A DNA stretch of 31,909 nucleotides, from IMG/VR virus record IMGVR_UViG_3300046643_000083, positions 1-31,909 of that record; one strand, 5' to 3'. Shown here in pieces: positions 1 to 8,321 of the stretch. A program made the position numbers and the translations under genes. Under the pieces are notes generated by a model. That model searched no databases and was not told the DNA's origin. It saw nothing but the letters and a program-made list of their open reading frames with translations. The stretch's first letter is position 1. Every line of letters begins with the position of its first letter. This DNA is from a virus. Lineage: Duplodnaviria > Caudoviricetes.

Positions 1-1
1 T

Positions 2-142
2 TATCCAAAATCAGGAGATACCGAAAGGATTTTAAAACTACCTCATGCCGGAATAGAAATTCGAACAGGTAATCCGGAATGGGGAGCAGAGCCAGGCAAG
101 TTGTATTTCGTTATCAAACACGGAGAAATTATTAATAACTAA
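2..142 (+). CDS. 3' end of a truncated CDS, probably an ASCH/PUA-like phage protein
   Basis: Open frame from window edge: YPKSGDTERILKLPHAGIEIRTGNPEWGAEPGKLYFVIKHGEIINN*. The GNPEWGAEP..YFVI tail resembles phage ASCH-like proteins (from recall). Confidence 0.5.
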   Translation, partial: YPKSGDTERILKLPHAGIEIRTGNPEWGAEPGKLYFVIKHGEIINN

Positions 143-153
143 AAACAAATAAA

Positions 154-624
154 ATGAAAAAACAAGTTTACACAAGAGATGAGGTAGTTTCAATAATTGC
201 TGAATTAATGTTATGCGCTGATCAAGTTTTAGATCACATCAATAATGAAGATACCAATATTTCAGATGAAGATTTATTTGAGATGGCTGTTAAAGATATG
301 GCATTTGAAATAACTGGTATCGACCATATTTTTAAAGAGCGACAAAGGCAAATAGATAATCATGGTTTCACTGCAAAACATCATGCTAAAAACCCACAAT
401 GGTATGATAAGGGACAATTAATTTATGCAGCCATTAGGTTAGTAGATTATGACAAAGATAGCTTTACCGAAATATATAAGAAATTGGTCCCTGAAAACTG
501 GGATTTGGAATGGTGGGAACGCCTTTGTGACAAACCAAAAGAAGAGCGTAAAATTATTGCAGGAGCTTTGATTTCTGCTGAATTAGATAGATTAGATTAT
601 TTAGAAAAATATAACTCTATATAA
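154..624 (+). CDS. Conserved phage hypothetical protein
   Basis: 156 aa. The C-terminal ERQRQI..HGF...GQL..AA...WW...AGALISAELDRL pattern is a widespread phage domain of unclear function. Confidence 0.65.
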   Translation: MKKQVYTRDEVVSIIAELMLCADQVLDHINNEDTNISDEDLFEMAVKDMAFEITGIDHIFKERQRQIDNHGFTAKHHAKNPQWYDKGQLIYAAIRLVDYDKDSFTEIYKKLVPENWDLEWWERLCDKPKEERKIIAGALISAELDRLDYLEKYNSI

Positions 625-658
625 ATTTTAAAATTATTAACCATAAAACAAAAAAGTA

Positions 659-916
659 ATGAGCAAATTAAGAGAAAGCCAAAAACAGGAGATTAAGGAA
701 ATGATTTCAGACAAATTATTTATCGATTTAGAATTGGTTCAGGATGATTCAATATTCGTAAATGATCTGGGAGCGGATAGTTTGGATGAAGTTGAGTTTA
801 TTATGGAAGTTGAAAAGATGTTTGATATTTCAATTCCAGATGAAGTTGCGGAGGAGGTTCATACTGTGAATCAATTATTCGAAGTTGTTGAACGCTATAT
901 TCCAGAGACATGCTAA
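659..916 (+). CDS. acpP: Acyl carrier protein
   Basis: 85 aa, acidic, DLGADSLDEVEFIMEVEKMFDISIPDE with the phosphopantetheine-accepting Ser in DSL. Confidence 0.93.
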   Translation: MSKLRESQKQEIKEMISDKLFIDLELVQDDSIFVNDLGADSLDEVEFIMEVEKMFDISIPDEVAEEVHTVNQLFEVVERYIPETC

Positions 917-1659
917 AGTTAATCAGACCATTAATTACATTCGATGTTGAAACAACCGGAACAGATCCTGAAAACGACAGAATTGTTCAGATAGCTGCAA
1001 CTAAGCGTCATTTGGATGGGACCATTGAAAAGAAGAACATTTTTGTTAATCCTACCATTCCAATTCCTCCTTCTGCAACAGAAGTTCATGGTATTTCAGA
1101 TGAAATGGTAAAAGATGCTCCAACGTTCAAACAAATAGCCGTAAATTTACAGGCTTGGTTTAGAGGTTCAGATATTGGAGGATTCAATTCAGACAGGTTT
1201 GATATTCCTTTGATTTCAGCAGAGTTCAACAGATTGGGAATAGTGTTCATTGATTGGGATTGTAGTTTCTTAGACACGATGAAAGCATATAGATACTTTT
1301 ATCCTAATACGCTAGTTGCCATTTACCAGAGGCTTTTTGGTGAGGATTTCGATGGAGCTCACGATGCCTTGAATGATGTTTTGGCTACTGACAGAGTGTT
1401 GGAGAAAGTAATCGAATTAAACTTCGAGGATGATGTAACGGTTCAAGATCTTGATGATTTATTTCAGGGAGACAGAAAACGTTTCGATATCGCAGGAAAA
1501 GTGTACATTGATAGCGAAGGTGTTCACCGTTGGAGTTTTGGAAAGTATATTGATAAGCCAATAACTTATGATATGGGTTTCACAAACTGGGTTTTAGACA
1601 AGGATTTTCCTGCTGATACCAAAAGTAAAATTAGAGTATTAATCGGTTTAAAAAAATAA
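910..1659 (+). CDS. DEDDh 3'-5' exonuclease (DNA Pol III epsilon-like)
   Basis: ExoI FDVETTG, ExoII GFNSDRFD and ExoIII AHDALND motifs; C-terminal FGKY motif. Confidence 0.92.
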   Translation: MLKLIRPLITFDVETTGTDPENDRIVQIAATKRHLDGTIEKKNIFVNPTIPIPPSATEVHGISDEMVKDAPTFKQIAVNLQAWFRGSDIGGFNSDRFDIPLISAEFNRLGIVFIDWDCSFLDTMKAYRYFYPNTLVAIYQRLFGEDFDGAHDALNDVLATDRVLEKVIELNFEDDVTVQDLDDLFQGDRKRFDIAGKVYIDSEGVHRWSFGKYIDKPITYDMGFTNWVLDKDFPADTKSKIRVLIGLKK

Positions 1660-1667
1660 CATTTATT

Positions 1668-1949
1668 ATGGGACATTTAAAAGAATTTTTATTTAAAAAT
1701 GGAGACAAAGTAAGAGAAAAAGTAACTGGATTTGAGGGTACAATTACCGGAACAGCATTTTATTTGACAGGATGTACCAGTCACCTAATTACAGGAAAAC
1801 AGTTTGATCCTTCTAAAGAGCCAATTGCCTTATGGTACGACGAAGGTAGAATTGAGTTAATAGAAGCTCAATTTATAAAAAAAGAGTCTGTAAGTTCAAA
1901 GGAAAACGGATGTGATATTCTGCCAAATATAGGGTCTAAAGGAGCGTAA
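1668..1949 (+). CDS. Hypothetical phage protein (SH3/KOW-like)
   Basis: 93 aa; GDKVREKVTGFEGTITG...LTGC...WYDEGRI pattern common in phages. Confidence 0.65.
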   Translation: MGHLKEFLFKNGDKVREKVTGFEGTITGTAFYLTGCTSHLITGKQFDPSKEPIALWYDEGRIELIEAQFIKKESVSSKENGCDILPNIGSKGA

Positions 1950-1968
1950 TTTTTAAAACAAATATATT

Positions 1969-2622
1969 ATGAGTAAAGTTGTTCCTGTAAAGGATTTCGA
2001 ACTAAAGAAAGTTAAGTTCGAGGGTAAAAAGGGTTTGTATTTCGAGTTTTTTGATGTTAGTCGGCCAGACTTTCTTTGGAAGGGTAGCGCGGATCAAATA
2101 CCAAGTGAGGAATTTGTTTCTGCACTTAACCAGTTAAAAGAGGTTTTGGCATATTCATTAGGACTTAATAATGGGTGGGACTTCGCAAGAGAGCACAATC
2201 GCAAGAACGATGAGTTGTTGAGAAAGGCTCAGGTTTCATGGAATCTGGAAGTTGAAAGATGCAATGTAACTGGAATTACTGTTGTTGGTTCTGAAGAAAA
2301 TGATAACATGGGAATCAAAATTGCAGGATCTCTTCAAACAGATCTTGGGGTTGTAGGTTTACCATCTCCTATCATTCGATTTGAAGATTCATTTAACAAT
2401 TCTGTTGACACTGAGATTATGATTGGTGATTTAGCAGAAGTTGCTTTCAAGAAGATTCAGGAAGAAGTTTGGTTGTTTATCTTCAAAGGAAAAAGAGGCG
2501 GTGGCCAAATTAATTTCCCAGATGGTAATGATGCCGAAAACATGGCGGCTACATCAACAGTAGAAAAACCAACAAGCGGTTTGAATATTACTGCTGTTCC
2601 AAAAATGGAGAAAGTTGGGTAA
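1969..2622 (+). CDS. Hypothetical protein
   Basis: 217 aa ORF with AT-rich start, tightly packed in operon. Confidence 0.7.
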   Translation: MSKVVPVKDFELKKVKFEGKKGLYFEFFDVSRPDFLWKGSADQIPSEEFVSALNQLKEVLAYSLGLNNGWDFAREHNRKNDELLRKAQVSWNLEVERCNVTGITVVGSEENDNMGIKIAGSLQTDLGVVGLPSPIIRFEDSFNNSVDTEIMIGDLAEVAFKKIQEEVWLFIFKGKRGGGQINFPDGNDAENMAATSTVEKPTSGLNITAVPKMEKVG

Positions 2623-3067
2623 TTTCAAACTAAAAGTTTGTGCAGATAAGGACTGTTGTAATGATTTCAAGCAATACAATAGCTTGCAAAAGTACTGCAG
2701 TCCTGCCTGTACGAATAAGAACCGGAAAGTTGACTTGAAGTTAAAGCCAATTTACAATATTCCTAAAGTAAGTGAAAAAAGAAAAGCATTGATTCCGGTT
2801 TACGAAAAAGTTAGAATTGAAGTTTTAACCGAAGCCAAGTTTAAATGCTTTATAGATGGATGCAACAATGTAGCCAATACCTGTGAACACACAATGGGAC
2901 GCGTAGGGTATGCCGACGAATGGGCTAGAGAAAATAATATTACTTTATATGTTGACAAACGTTACTTAAAAGCGTGCTGTCTACATCATAACGGAGAACT
3001 AGAAAACAATCCAGAGCTTTCAAAAAAACATCAATTATCAAAGATTCATGGAGGAAAAAAAACATAA
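2615..3067 (+). CDS. Cys-rich zinc-binding putative nuclease (NinG/HNH-like)
   Basis: N-terminal Cys cluster (CADKDC...YCSPAC) plus CFIDGC...CEH..GR...ACCLHHN resembling a His-Me finger. Confidence 0.5.
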   Translation: MGNFKLKVCADKDCCNDFKQYNSLQKYCSPACTNKNRKVDLKLKPIYNIPKVSEKRKALIPVYEKVRIEVLTEAKFKCFIDGCNNVANTCEHTMGRVGYADEWARENNITLYVDKRYLKACCLHHNGELENNPELSKKHQLSKIHGGKKT

Positions 3068-4172
3068 TACATTAAGTGTGTTTAACGGAATGGGGTGTAT
3101 TTGGATTGCAATGGAATTAGCCGGACATCAAGTAGGAAAAAGATATTCTTCTGAAATAGAAAAATATCCAAACCAAATGAATGACTCTCTTTATTCAGAT
3201 ACAATTCAACTTGGTGATGTTCGAAACTTAGATGTTTTAAAGTTAGATCCAATTGATGTTTTTGCCGGAGGATCTCCTTGTCAATCATTCTCTTTTGCCG
3301 GAAAGCGAAAAGGAATGTCTACAAAGTGTGAATTGGAAATATTAACATTAGATCATTATTTGCAATTGAAAAAAGAGAATTTTGAATTTGAAGGGCAGTC
3401 ATATTTGTTTTGGGAGTATATCAGAATATTAACCGACATTAAAAAATACAACCCAGACGTTAAATTCTTATTGGAAAATGTTTTAGTAATCACCCAGGCT
3501 ATAGGTGTAAACCCCATAAGAATAAATGCTTCTTTGGTTAGTGCTCAAAATAGAGATAGGTTGTTCTGGACAAACATTTATTGTGAACAGGATGGATTTT
3601 TTGGGGATTTAAAATGTATTATTCCACAGCCAAAAGATGAAGGAATACTCCTTAAATCAATATTACAAAGCTCAGTTCCTGATAAATATTTTCTAAGTGA
3701 AAAAATGATAGCAGGATTAAATAAGCATAATGAAAACTCAAAAATAAAAAAAAGAGGATTTGAATTTAAGCCAACAGAAGGTAATGGTAAATCTAAATGC
3801 ATTAGACAGAATGTGTTTAAAAGTGGACCTGATGATAATTTTATTATTCAAAAACAAAGTTTGGTCCAGATTGGGAACATTTATGATAACGAACATAATT
3901 CTGTTGCAGGAAGGGTATATACTGACGAAGGTAAAAGTGTTTGCTTATCAGCGTTAGGAGGAGGAGGAGGAGCGAAAACAGGGCTTTATAAAACAGGAGA
4001 CAGAATCAGAAGACTAACTCCAAGAGAGTGCGGAAGATTACAGAGTGTTCCTGAAGAAAAATTAGATATAATTTTAAGTTGTGGCGTTTCAGACACTCAA
4101 CTTTATAAAGCTTTTGGGAATGGTTGGAATATAAAAGTAATAAGTCATATATTAAGTTACTTAAATAAATGA
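3048..4172 (+). CDS. DNA (cytosine-5) methyltransferase
   Basis: Motif I FNGMG, catalytic GGSPCQSFS, ENV, QNRDR, RRLTPRECGRLQ and motif X GNGW. Confidence 0.93.
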   Translation: MEEKKHNTLSVFNGMGCIWIAMELAGHQVGKRYSSEIEKYPNQMNDSLYSDTIQLGDVRNLDVLKLDPIDVFAGGSPCQSFSFAGKRKGMSTKCELEILTLDHYLQLKKENFEFEGQSYLFWEYIRILTDIKKYNPDVKFLLENVLVITQAIGVNPIRINASLVSAQNRDRLFWTNIYCEQDGFFGDLKCIIPQPKDEGILLKSILQSSVPDKYFLSEKMIAGLNKHNENSKIKKRGFEFKPTEGNGKSKCIRQNVFKSGPDDNFIIQKQSLVQIGNIYDNEHNSVAGRVYTDEGKSVCLSALGGGGGAKTGLYKTGDRIRRLTPRECGRLQSVPEEKLDIILSCGVSDTQLYKAFGNGWNIKVISHILSYLNK

Positions 4173-4369
4173 AAAACATAGAAATAAACATTAAATGCGT
4201 TGGAAATCCTGTTGAGGCAATAGGAGAAGCTTTATCTATTTCAAAGGCTATAAAGGGAACTGTGTGGATTGATTTTACTGATTTTAAAATAAGTGTAAGT
4301 CAAGAAAGCATAGTTTTGGATTTGTATGAAATATATACACTCAATCATAAGTTAATATCTAAAAAATAA
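4169..4369 (+). CDS. Hypothetical protein
   Basis: 66 aa; start overlaps the MTase end, fills the gap to the next gene. Confidence 0.6.
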   Translation: MKNIEINIKCVGNPVEAIGEALSISKAIKGTVWIDFTDFKISVSQESIVLDLYEIYTLNHKLISKK

Positions 4370-4375
4370 ACAAAC

Positions 4376-4750
4376 ATGGAAATAGTAGGAAAAATAGAAT
4401 ACATAGGACCAGACATGCAAGTGACTACATCCTTTAAAAAAAGAGAATTGGCTGTAGCCACTGACGAGCAATTTTCTCAATCAATTATGATTGAGTTTAC
4501 TCAGGATAAAACTGAGTATCTGGATGGTTATAAAGAAGGTGAATCTGTAAAAGTTTCAATAAACCTTAGAGGCCGTAAGTGGGTAAACCCGCAGGGAGAG
4601 ACAAAGTATTTTAACTCGATAGTTGGTTGGCGTATTGAGAGGCTTAATGTTCAAGGCCCTACTCAGCAGCAACCTCCTGCAACAAAGACTCAACAATTTA
4701 GTCCGGCTACAAATCTGAATGATGATGAAGTAGATGATTTGCCCTTCTAA
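4376..4750 (+). CDS. DUF3127-family single-stranded DNA-binding-like protein
   Basis: MEIVGKI...FKKRELAV...INLRGRKW...YFNSIVGWRIE, Q/P-rich linker and acidic DDLPF tail. Confidence 0.88.
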   Translation: MEIVGKIEYIGPDMQVTTSFKKRELAVATDEQFSQSIMIEFTQDKTEYLDGYKEGESVKVSINLRGRKWVNPQGETKYFNSIVGWRIERLNVQGPTQQQPPATKTQQFSPATNLNDDEVDDLPF

Positions 4751-4771
4751 TTTAAGTTACAACATTTTAAC

Positions 4772-4799
4772 AAACCAACCTAATCCGGTTGGTTTTTTT
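4772..4799 (+). terminator. Intrinsic terminator
   Basis: aaaccaacc-taatcc-ggttggttt stem-loop followed by T run, after the DUF3127 gene. Confidence 0.85.
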
Positions 4800-4814
4800 A
4801 TTTACACCAAAAAT

Positions 4815-4872
4815 ACTTTGTGAAATAGTTAAAGAAAAGCTTGTGTATTGAAAAAGTATTCTTTATGTTTGC
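4815..4872 (+). promoter_or_regulatory. Bacteroidota sigma-A promoter with conserved upstream element
   Basis: TTG at 4841-4843 and TATGTTTG (TAnnTTTG) at 4864-4871, 20-nt spacing; 4815-4847 matches 30303-30335 at 29/33 positions. Confidence 0.85.
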
Positions 4873-4898
4873 AGTAGTTAAATTTTAAACAAATAATT

Positions 4899-5144
4899 AT
4901 GGCTAGATGTAAGATTAAAAAACACCCCGTATTTTTAGATTTTAATGGGGTTATCAAAATTGTTCAGGGCAGAGGTGTTCGAAAAACCATTGATTCAATT
5001 TCAAAGGAGGTTGGATTCTCATTAATGTCTGTTGGTAATTGGCGAAAGGAGGCGCCAGAGGTTGTAACGATGATCCATCATTTTTTGAAGGAAAACGATT
5101 TGAAGTTTGAGGATCTGGTAAAGGAGTGTGAATCTAAAAAATAA
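4899..5144 (+). CDS. Cro-like helix-turn-helix protein
   Basis: TIDSISKEVGFSLMSVGNW fits an HTH pattern; first gene after the promoter. Confidence 0.6.
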   Translation: MARCKIKKHPVFLDFNGVIKIVQGRGVRKTIDSISKEVGFSLMSVGNWRKEAPEVVTMIHHFLKENDLKFEDLVKECESKK

Positions 5145-5149
5145 TTGAT

Positions 5150-5404
5150 ATGGAAACGTTTGAAATAATCAATCCAAATTTGGACCACTTACGAACATTG
5201 TCTTGTATAAATCATTTTAAAGCAAAAAAAGTTTATGATGAATTATCTATTAGACTTTTAAAAACTGATTTTGAAAAGAATAATCAGCCAAGAAAAGAAG
5301 GGTTTCCAATTGTGAAGGAAATTGTTTCAAGTAAATTAATTGTCAGTTGTGCGAAAGATCCGGTATTTGATCGGCCACTTTCGGAGTTGGAAAAGGAGTA
5401 TTAA
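5150..5404 (+). CDS. Hypothetical protein
   Basis: 84 aa ORF in packed operon. Confidence 0.6.
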   Translation: METFEIINPNLDHLRTLSCINHFKAKKVYDELSIRLLKTDFEKNNQPRKEGFPIVKEIVSSKLIVSCAKDPVFDRPLSELEKEY

Positions 5405-5422
5405 CAAAAAACAACAAGTGTT

Positions 5423-5581
5423 ATGAGTAAAATAAATTTATTAATTCTATATCTAATATTTGGTATAGTGTTAGCCGTTTTGGGAATCGTATTGATTTTT
5501 ATATGGTTTGGATGGAAATTGGCATTGGCCCTCTTTATTTATCAGTGGGGAAATAGTATTTGTAAAAACAATAAATTATAA
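5423..5581 (+). CDS. Small membrane protein, 52 aa (not in ORF track)
   Basis: Translated by hand: MSKINLLILYLIFGIVLAVLGIVLIFIWFGWKLALALFIYQWGNSICKNNKL*; fills the gap between neighbours. Confidence 0.75.
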   Translation: MSKINLLILYLIFGIVLAVLGIVLIFIWFGWKLALALFIYQWGNSICKNNKL

Positions 5582-5583
5582 TT

Positions 5584-5898
5584 ATGGAACTGGAAGTAAT
5601 AGGGATGTTATCAGATCACATGGTTGTAACTACGTCTTATGAATACTTTCAAAAAGAAGGTAGCTTTGGAGATTTTGATTGGGACGATGGTACTTTGTCT
5701 GATGATCAGGAATCAGAATGTGAAGCAATTCAAAACATACTATCAGCAGATATTGCAATTTTTCTAACAAGAAGAACATCTGGGATGTGTGGCAGCGTAG
5801 TTGATAATTTAAGATCAATTTACAACAACTTTGTAAATGAGTACCAAGAGAAATTCAATAAGAAGTATATTGATTTCAACAAAGAAGTTGATTACTAA
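5584..5898 (+). CDS. Acidic hypothetical protein
   Basis: 104 aa, Asp/Glu-rich. Confidence 0.65.
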   Translation: MELEVIGMLSDHMVVTTSYEYFQKEGSFGDFDWDDGTLSDDQESECEAIQNILSADIAIFLTRRTSGMCGSVVDNLRSIYNNFVNEYQEKFNKKYIDFNKEVDY

Positions 5899-5928
5899 AA
5901 AACAATTTAAAAACAATTTAAAACAATA
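5897..5928 (+). repeat. Short intergenic tandem repeat
   Basis: aaaacaattt twice followed by aaaacaata. Confidence 0.5.
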
Positions 5929-5933
5929 AGGAT

Positions 5934-6503
5934 ATGAAAATTAATGTAACAGTAGATTTAGAGGATTTATATGAAGAGTATTATGAAGGAGACAGCTCAG
6001 GAGAGTCTTTTAATCAGCAAATTTTAAGCGAAATTAAACACCAAGTTAAACAGTCAATTTGGAAGGAGTTTAAGGACACTACTTTGGACCATTTCAGGGC
6101 TCAGATAAATGATGAACTTGAAAAAGAAAAAGATGGTGAAATCACAAGAATTGTTCAAAAGGTGTTTTCTGAAAGAAAGATTAAAATCAAAGAAGGAACC
6201 AAAAACAATCCTGAGCCAGAAATGATTACTCTGTTTGAATATATTCAGGAAAAAATAGAGAAAGATTATTTCTCAATGGGAATGACCGCTGAGACTTTGT
6301 TAAGTGGTAAATTTAGAGAACTACAAAACTCTGTAGAGAAAAGCGTATCAACAAGTGCGGAACTTATGTCCTCTGAAATAAAACAACGATATGATTTATT
6401 ATTTGCTTCTCAATTAGTGGCAAAGATGAATCAGGCAGGAATGCTTAAAGACGATGTTGCCAAATTATTAATCGACCAAAACAATCAAACAAATGAAGGG
6501 TAA
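5934..6503 (+). CDS. Hypothetical helical protein
   Basis: 189 aa, overlaps next start. Confidence 0.7.
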   Translation: MKINVTVDLEDLYEEYYEGDSSGESFNQQILSEIKHQVKQSIWKEFKDTTLDHFRAQINDELEKEKDGEITRIVQKVFSERKIKIKEGTKNNPEPEMITLFEYIQEKIEKDYFSMGMTAETLLSGKFRELQNSVEKSVSTSAELMSSEIKQRYDLLFASQLVAKMNQAGMLKDDVAKLLIDQNNQTNEG

Positions 6504-8037
6504 AAAGGAAAAACCAGAATTAAATGCTTTCGGTCAAACTTTTGCGGAGGCAGTGGAAGCAATGACTATTCCAACGGGGTTAGCTGCCATTAAAATATCA
6601 GAACTAATTGACGTTTCTTCATGGAAAGAAAAGCAGAATAAGCTTGTTGCAGAGAATCCTTTTTTTAAGATTACAGATGCCAAGACTTATGAGGCCGGAA
6701 AGAAGCACCGTACCAATGTTGTAAAAGGCCGTACTGAATTGCAAAATCAGGAAAAACTTATTGCTTCAAACTTTGCTGCTATTCGAAAAGAAGTTGGTTC
6801 TGAAACTTCTACTTTAATTGAAATAACTCAGCCATTGGAAGATGAGTGGCAAGAAGAAGTTAAGAACTGGGAGGACAGAAAAGCGCGTGAGAAAAAGGAA
6901 AAGGAAGAAGCCGAGGCTCGCAGAGAAAAAGAAATCAGAAAAAAGGTAGATGATTTTGAATCTGACTCCTACACCATCATCCAGAAAATGACTTTTGAAA
7001 GCATTGTTCCGGACCAGAATAAGTTAGCTGATCTTCGTGATGATAAGTTTGATTTTGCCGAGTTCGATGTTCTTTATGATCAGGCTATGGATAGGGTTAC
7101 TTTATCACTCGAAAGCAAAGTTAAAACCCTTACTGAAAATGAAGCTCAGAGAGTTCGTAACCTGGAACTTGAAAAAGAAAATGCTGAAGCTAAACGTATT
7201 TCAGATTTACAGGCTAGTAGACTTACGGAAATTATGCCTTACGTGGCTTTCGGAGTCGCGTTAGATTTAACTAAGTTAGGTGAAATGGATAATGATGAGT
7301 ACGCAGGTCATTTATCTTCTAAAAAAGGCTTATTTGAATCCGATGCAATAATTAAACAAGAGGCATACGAAGTTCGTTTAGCAAAAGAAGAAGAGGAAAA
7401 AGAATCTATCTATGAAATCCGAAAAAAACGTTTAGAGGATTCCGGAATGAAGTATAGTGATGAGCACGATACTTTTTGGACTGAGGAAAACGAAGAATTT
7501 ATAATTCTAAAAGAGGATATTTATGAAGAAACTGCATTGGAGTTTGAAGATACATTGGTGGAGGCTAAAAGCGTTATTGCAGAATCAATAGCAAATAAAG
7601 TAAAATTAAAAATAGATTCAAGAATAGAGGTTTTGAAGGAATTAACATTTGTTAATTTTATTGACGCAGAGTACACTTGGCAATTGTCAGACAAAATTTA
7701 TGTAAATGAATCTATTTTAGCTTTAAGAGATGATAATTGGTTTAAAGAGTTTGTTCAGGATGCTAAAGATCATTTACAGAAACTTGCTGATGAGCAAAAG
7801 AAGAGAGATGAGGAATTAGCCATTGCAGATGCAGCCAAGTTGAAAGCGGAAAACAAAGCAAGGATTAGAAAGTACTCTAAAGACAAGGAAACATTGAGAG
7901 GTTTCGTGAAAAGTTTAGAGTTTAGGGATGCGGTTCCTGAATTGGAGAACGAAGATCTTCAACCTGTGTTGGATAACATCCTATTGGAGTTAGACAATTT
8001 GAAAGGTTTATTATTAACTAACATTAATCTTTTTTAA
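6493..8037 (+). CDS. Long coiled-coil protein of recombination module (DUF1351-like N-terminus, internal repeats)
   Basis: 514 aa E/K-rich; ITDAKTYEAGKKHRT..VKGRT...PLE pattern typical of genes preceding phage recombinases. Confidence 0.6.
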   Translation: MKGKKEKPELNAFGQTFAEAVEAMTIPTGLAAIKISELIDVSSWKEKQNKLVAENPFFKITDAKTYEAGKKHRTNVVKGRTELQNQEKLIASNFAAIRKEVGSETSTLIEITQPLEDEWQEEVKNWEDRKAREKKEKEEAEARREKEIRKKVDDFESDSYTIIQKMTFESIVPDQNKLADLRDDKFDFAEFDVLYDQAMDRVTLSLESKVKTLTENEAQRVRNLELEKENAEAKRISDLQASRLTEIMPYVAFGVALDLTKLGEMDNDEYAGHLSSKKGLFESDAIIKQEAYEVRLAKEEEEKESIYEIRKKRLEDSGMKYSDEHDTFWTEENEEFIILKEDIYEETALEFEDTLVEAKSVIAESIANKVKLKIDSRIEVLKELTFVNFIDAEYTWQLSDKIYVNESILALRDDNWFKEFVQDAKDHLQKLADEQKKRDEELAIADAAKLKAENKARIRKYSKDKETLRGFVKSLEFRDAVPELENEDLQPVLDNILLELDNLKGLLLTNINLF

Positions 8038-8039
8038 TT

Positions 8040-8321
8040 ATGCGGTGGAACAAACAAAAACCGGAACCGAAACCAGAATTAAGTTATACTCCTTTATTTA
8101 AAGATGATTTTTTAAAAAGGAATGAGTTGTTTCCAAAGCTTGAGAGACTTATAAAACAGGCAGAGTCTCACTACGACTCAGGAGACAAGGAATTATGTTA
8201 TGAAATATTGGATCTTATTTGGAGGACTGTTGATAAGTCTAAAGAAAAACCAGTGTTAAAATATGATTTATCAAAAGAATCAGAGGGTAATTATAGTGTA
8301 ACCGTAAAAGCAAACGACTAA
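8040..8321 (+). CDS. Hypothetical protein
   Basis: 93 aa, TAATG overlap with next gene. Confidence 0.65.
   Translation: MRWNKQKPEPKPELSYTPLFKDDFLKRNELFPKLERLIKQAESHYDSGDKELCYEILDLIWRTVDKSKEKPVLKYDLSKESEGNYSVTVKAND

Noticed and set aside
5897-5928. aaaacaattt repeats as a replication origin
   Set aside because: Too short and similar to ordinary A-rich translation initiation regions; no initiator gene adjacent.
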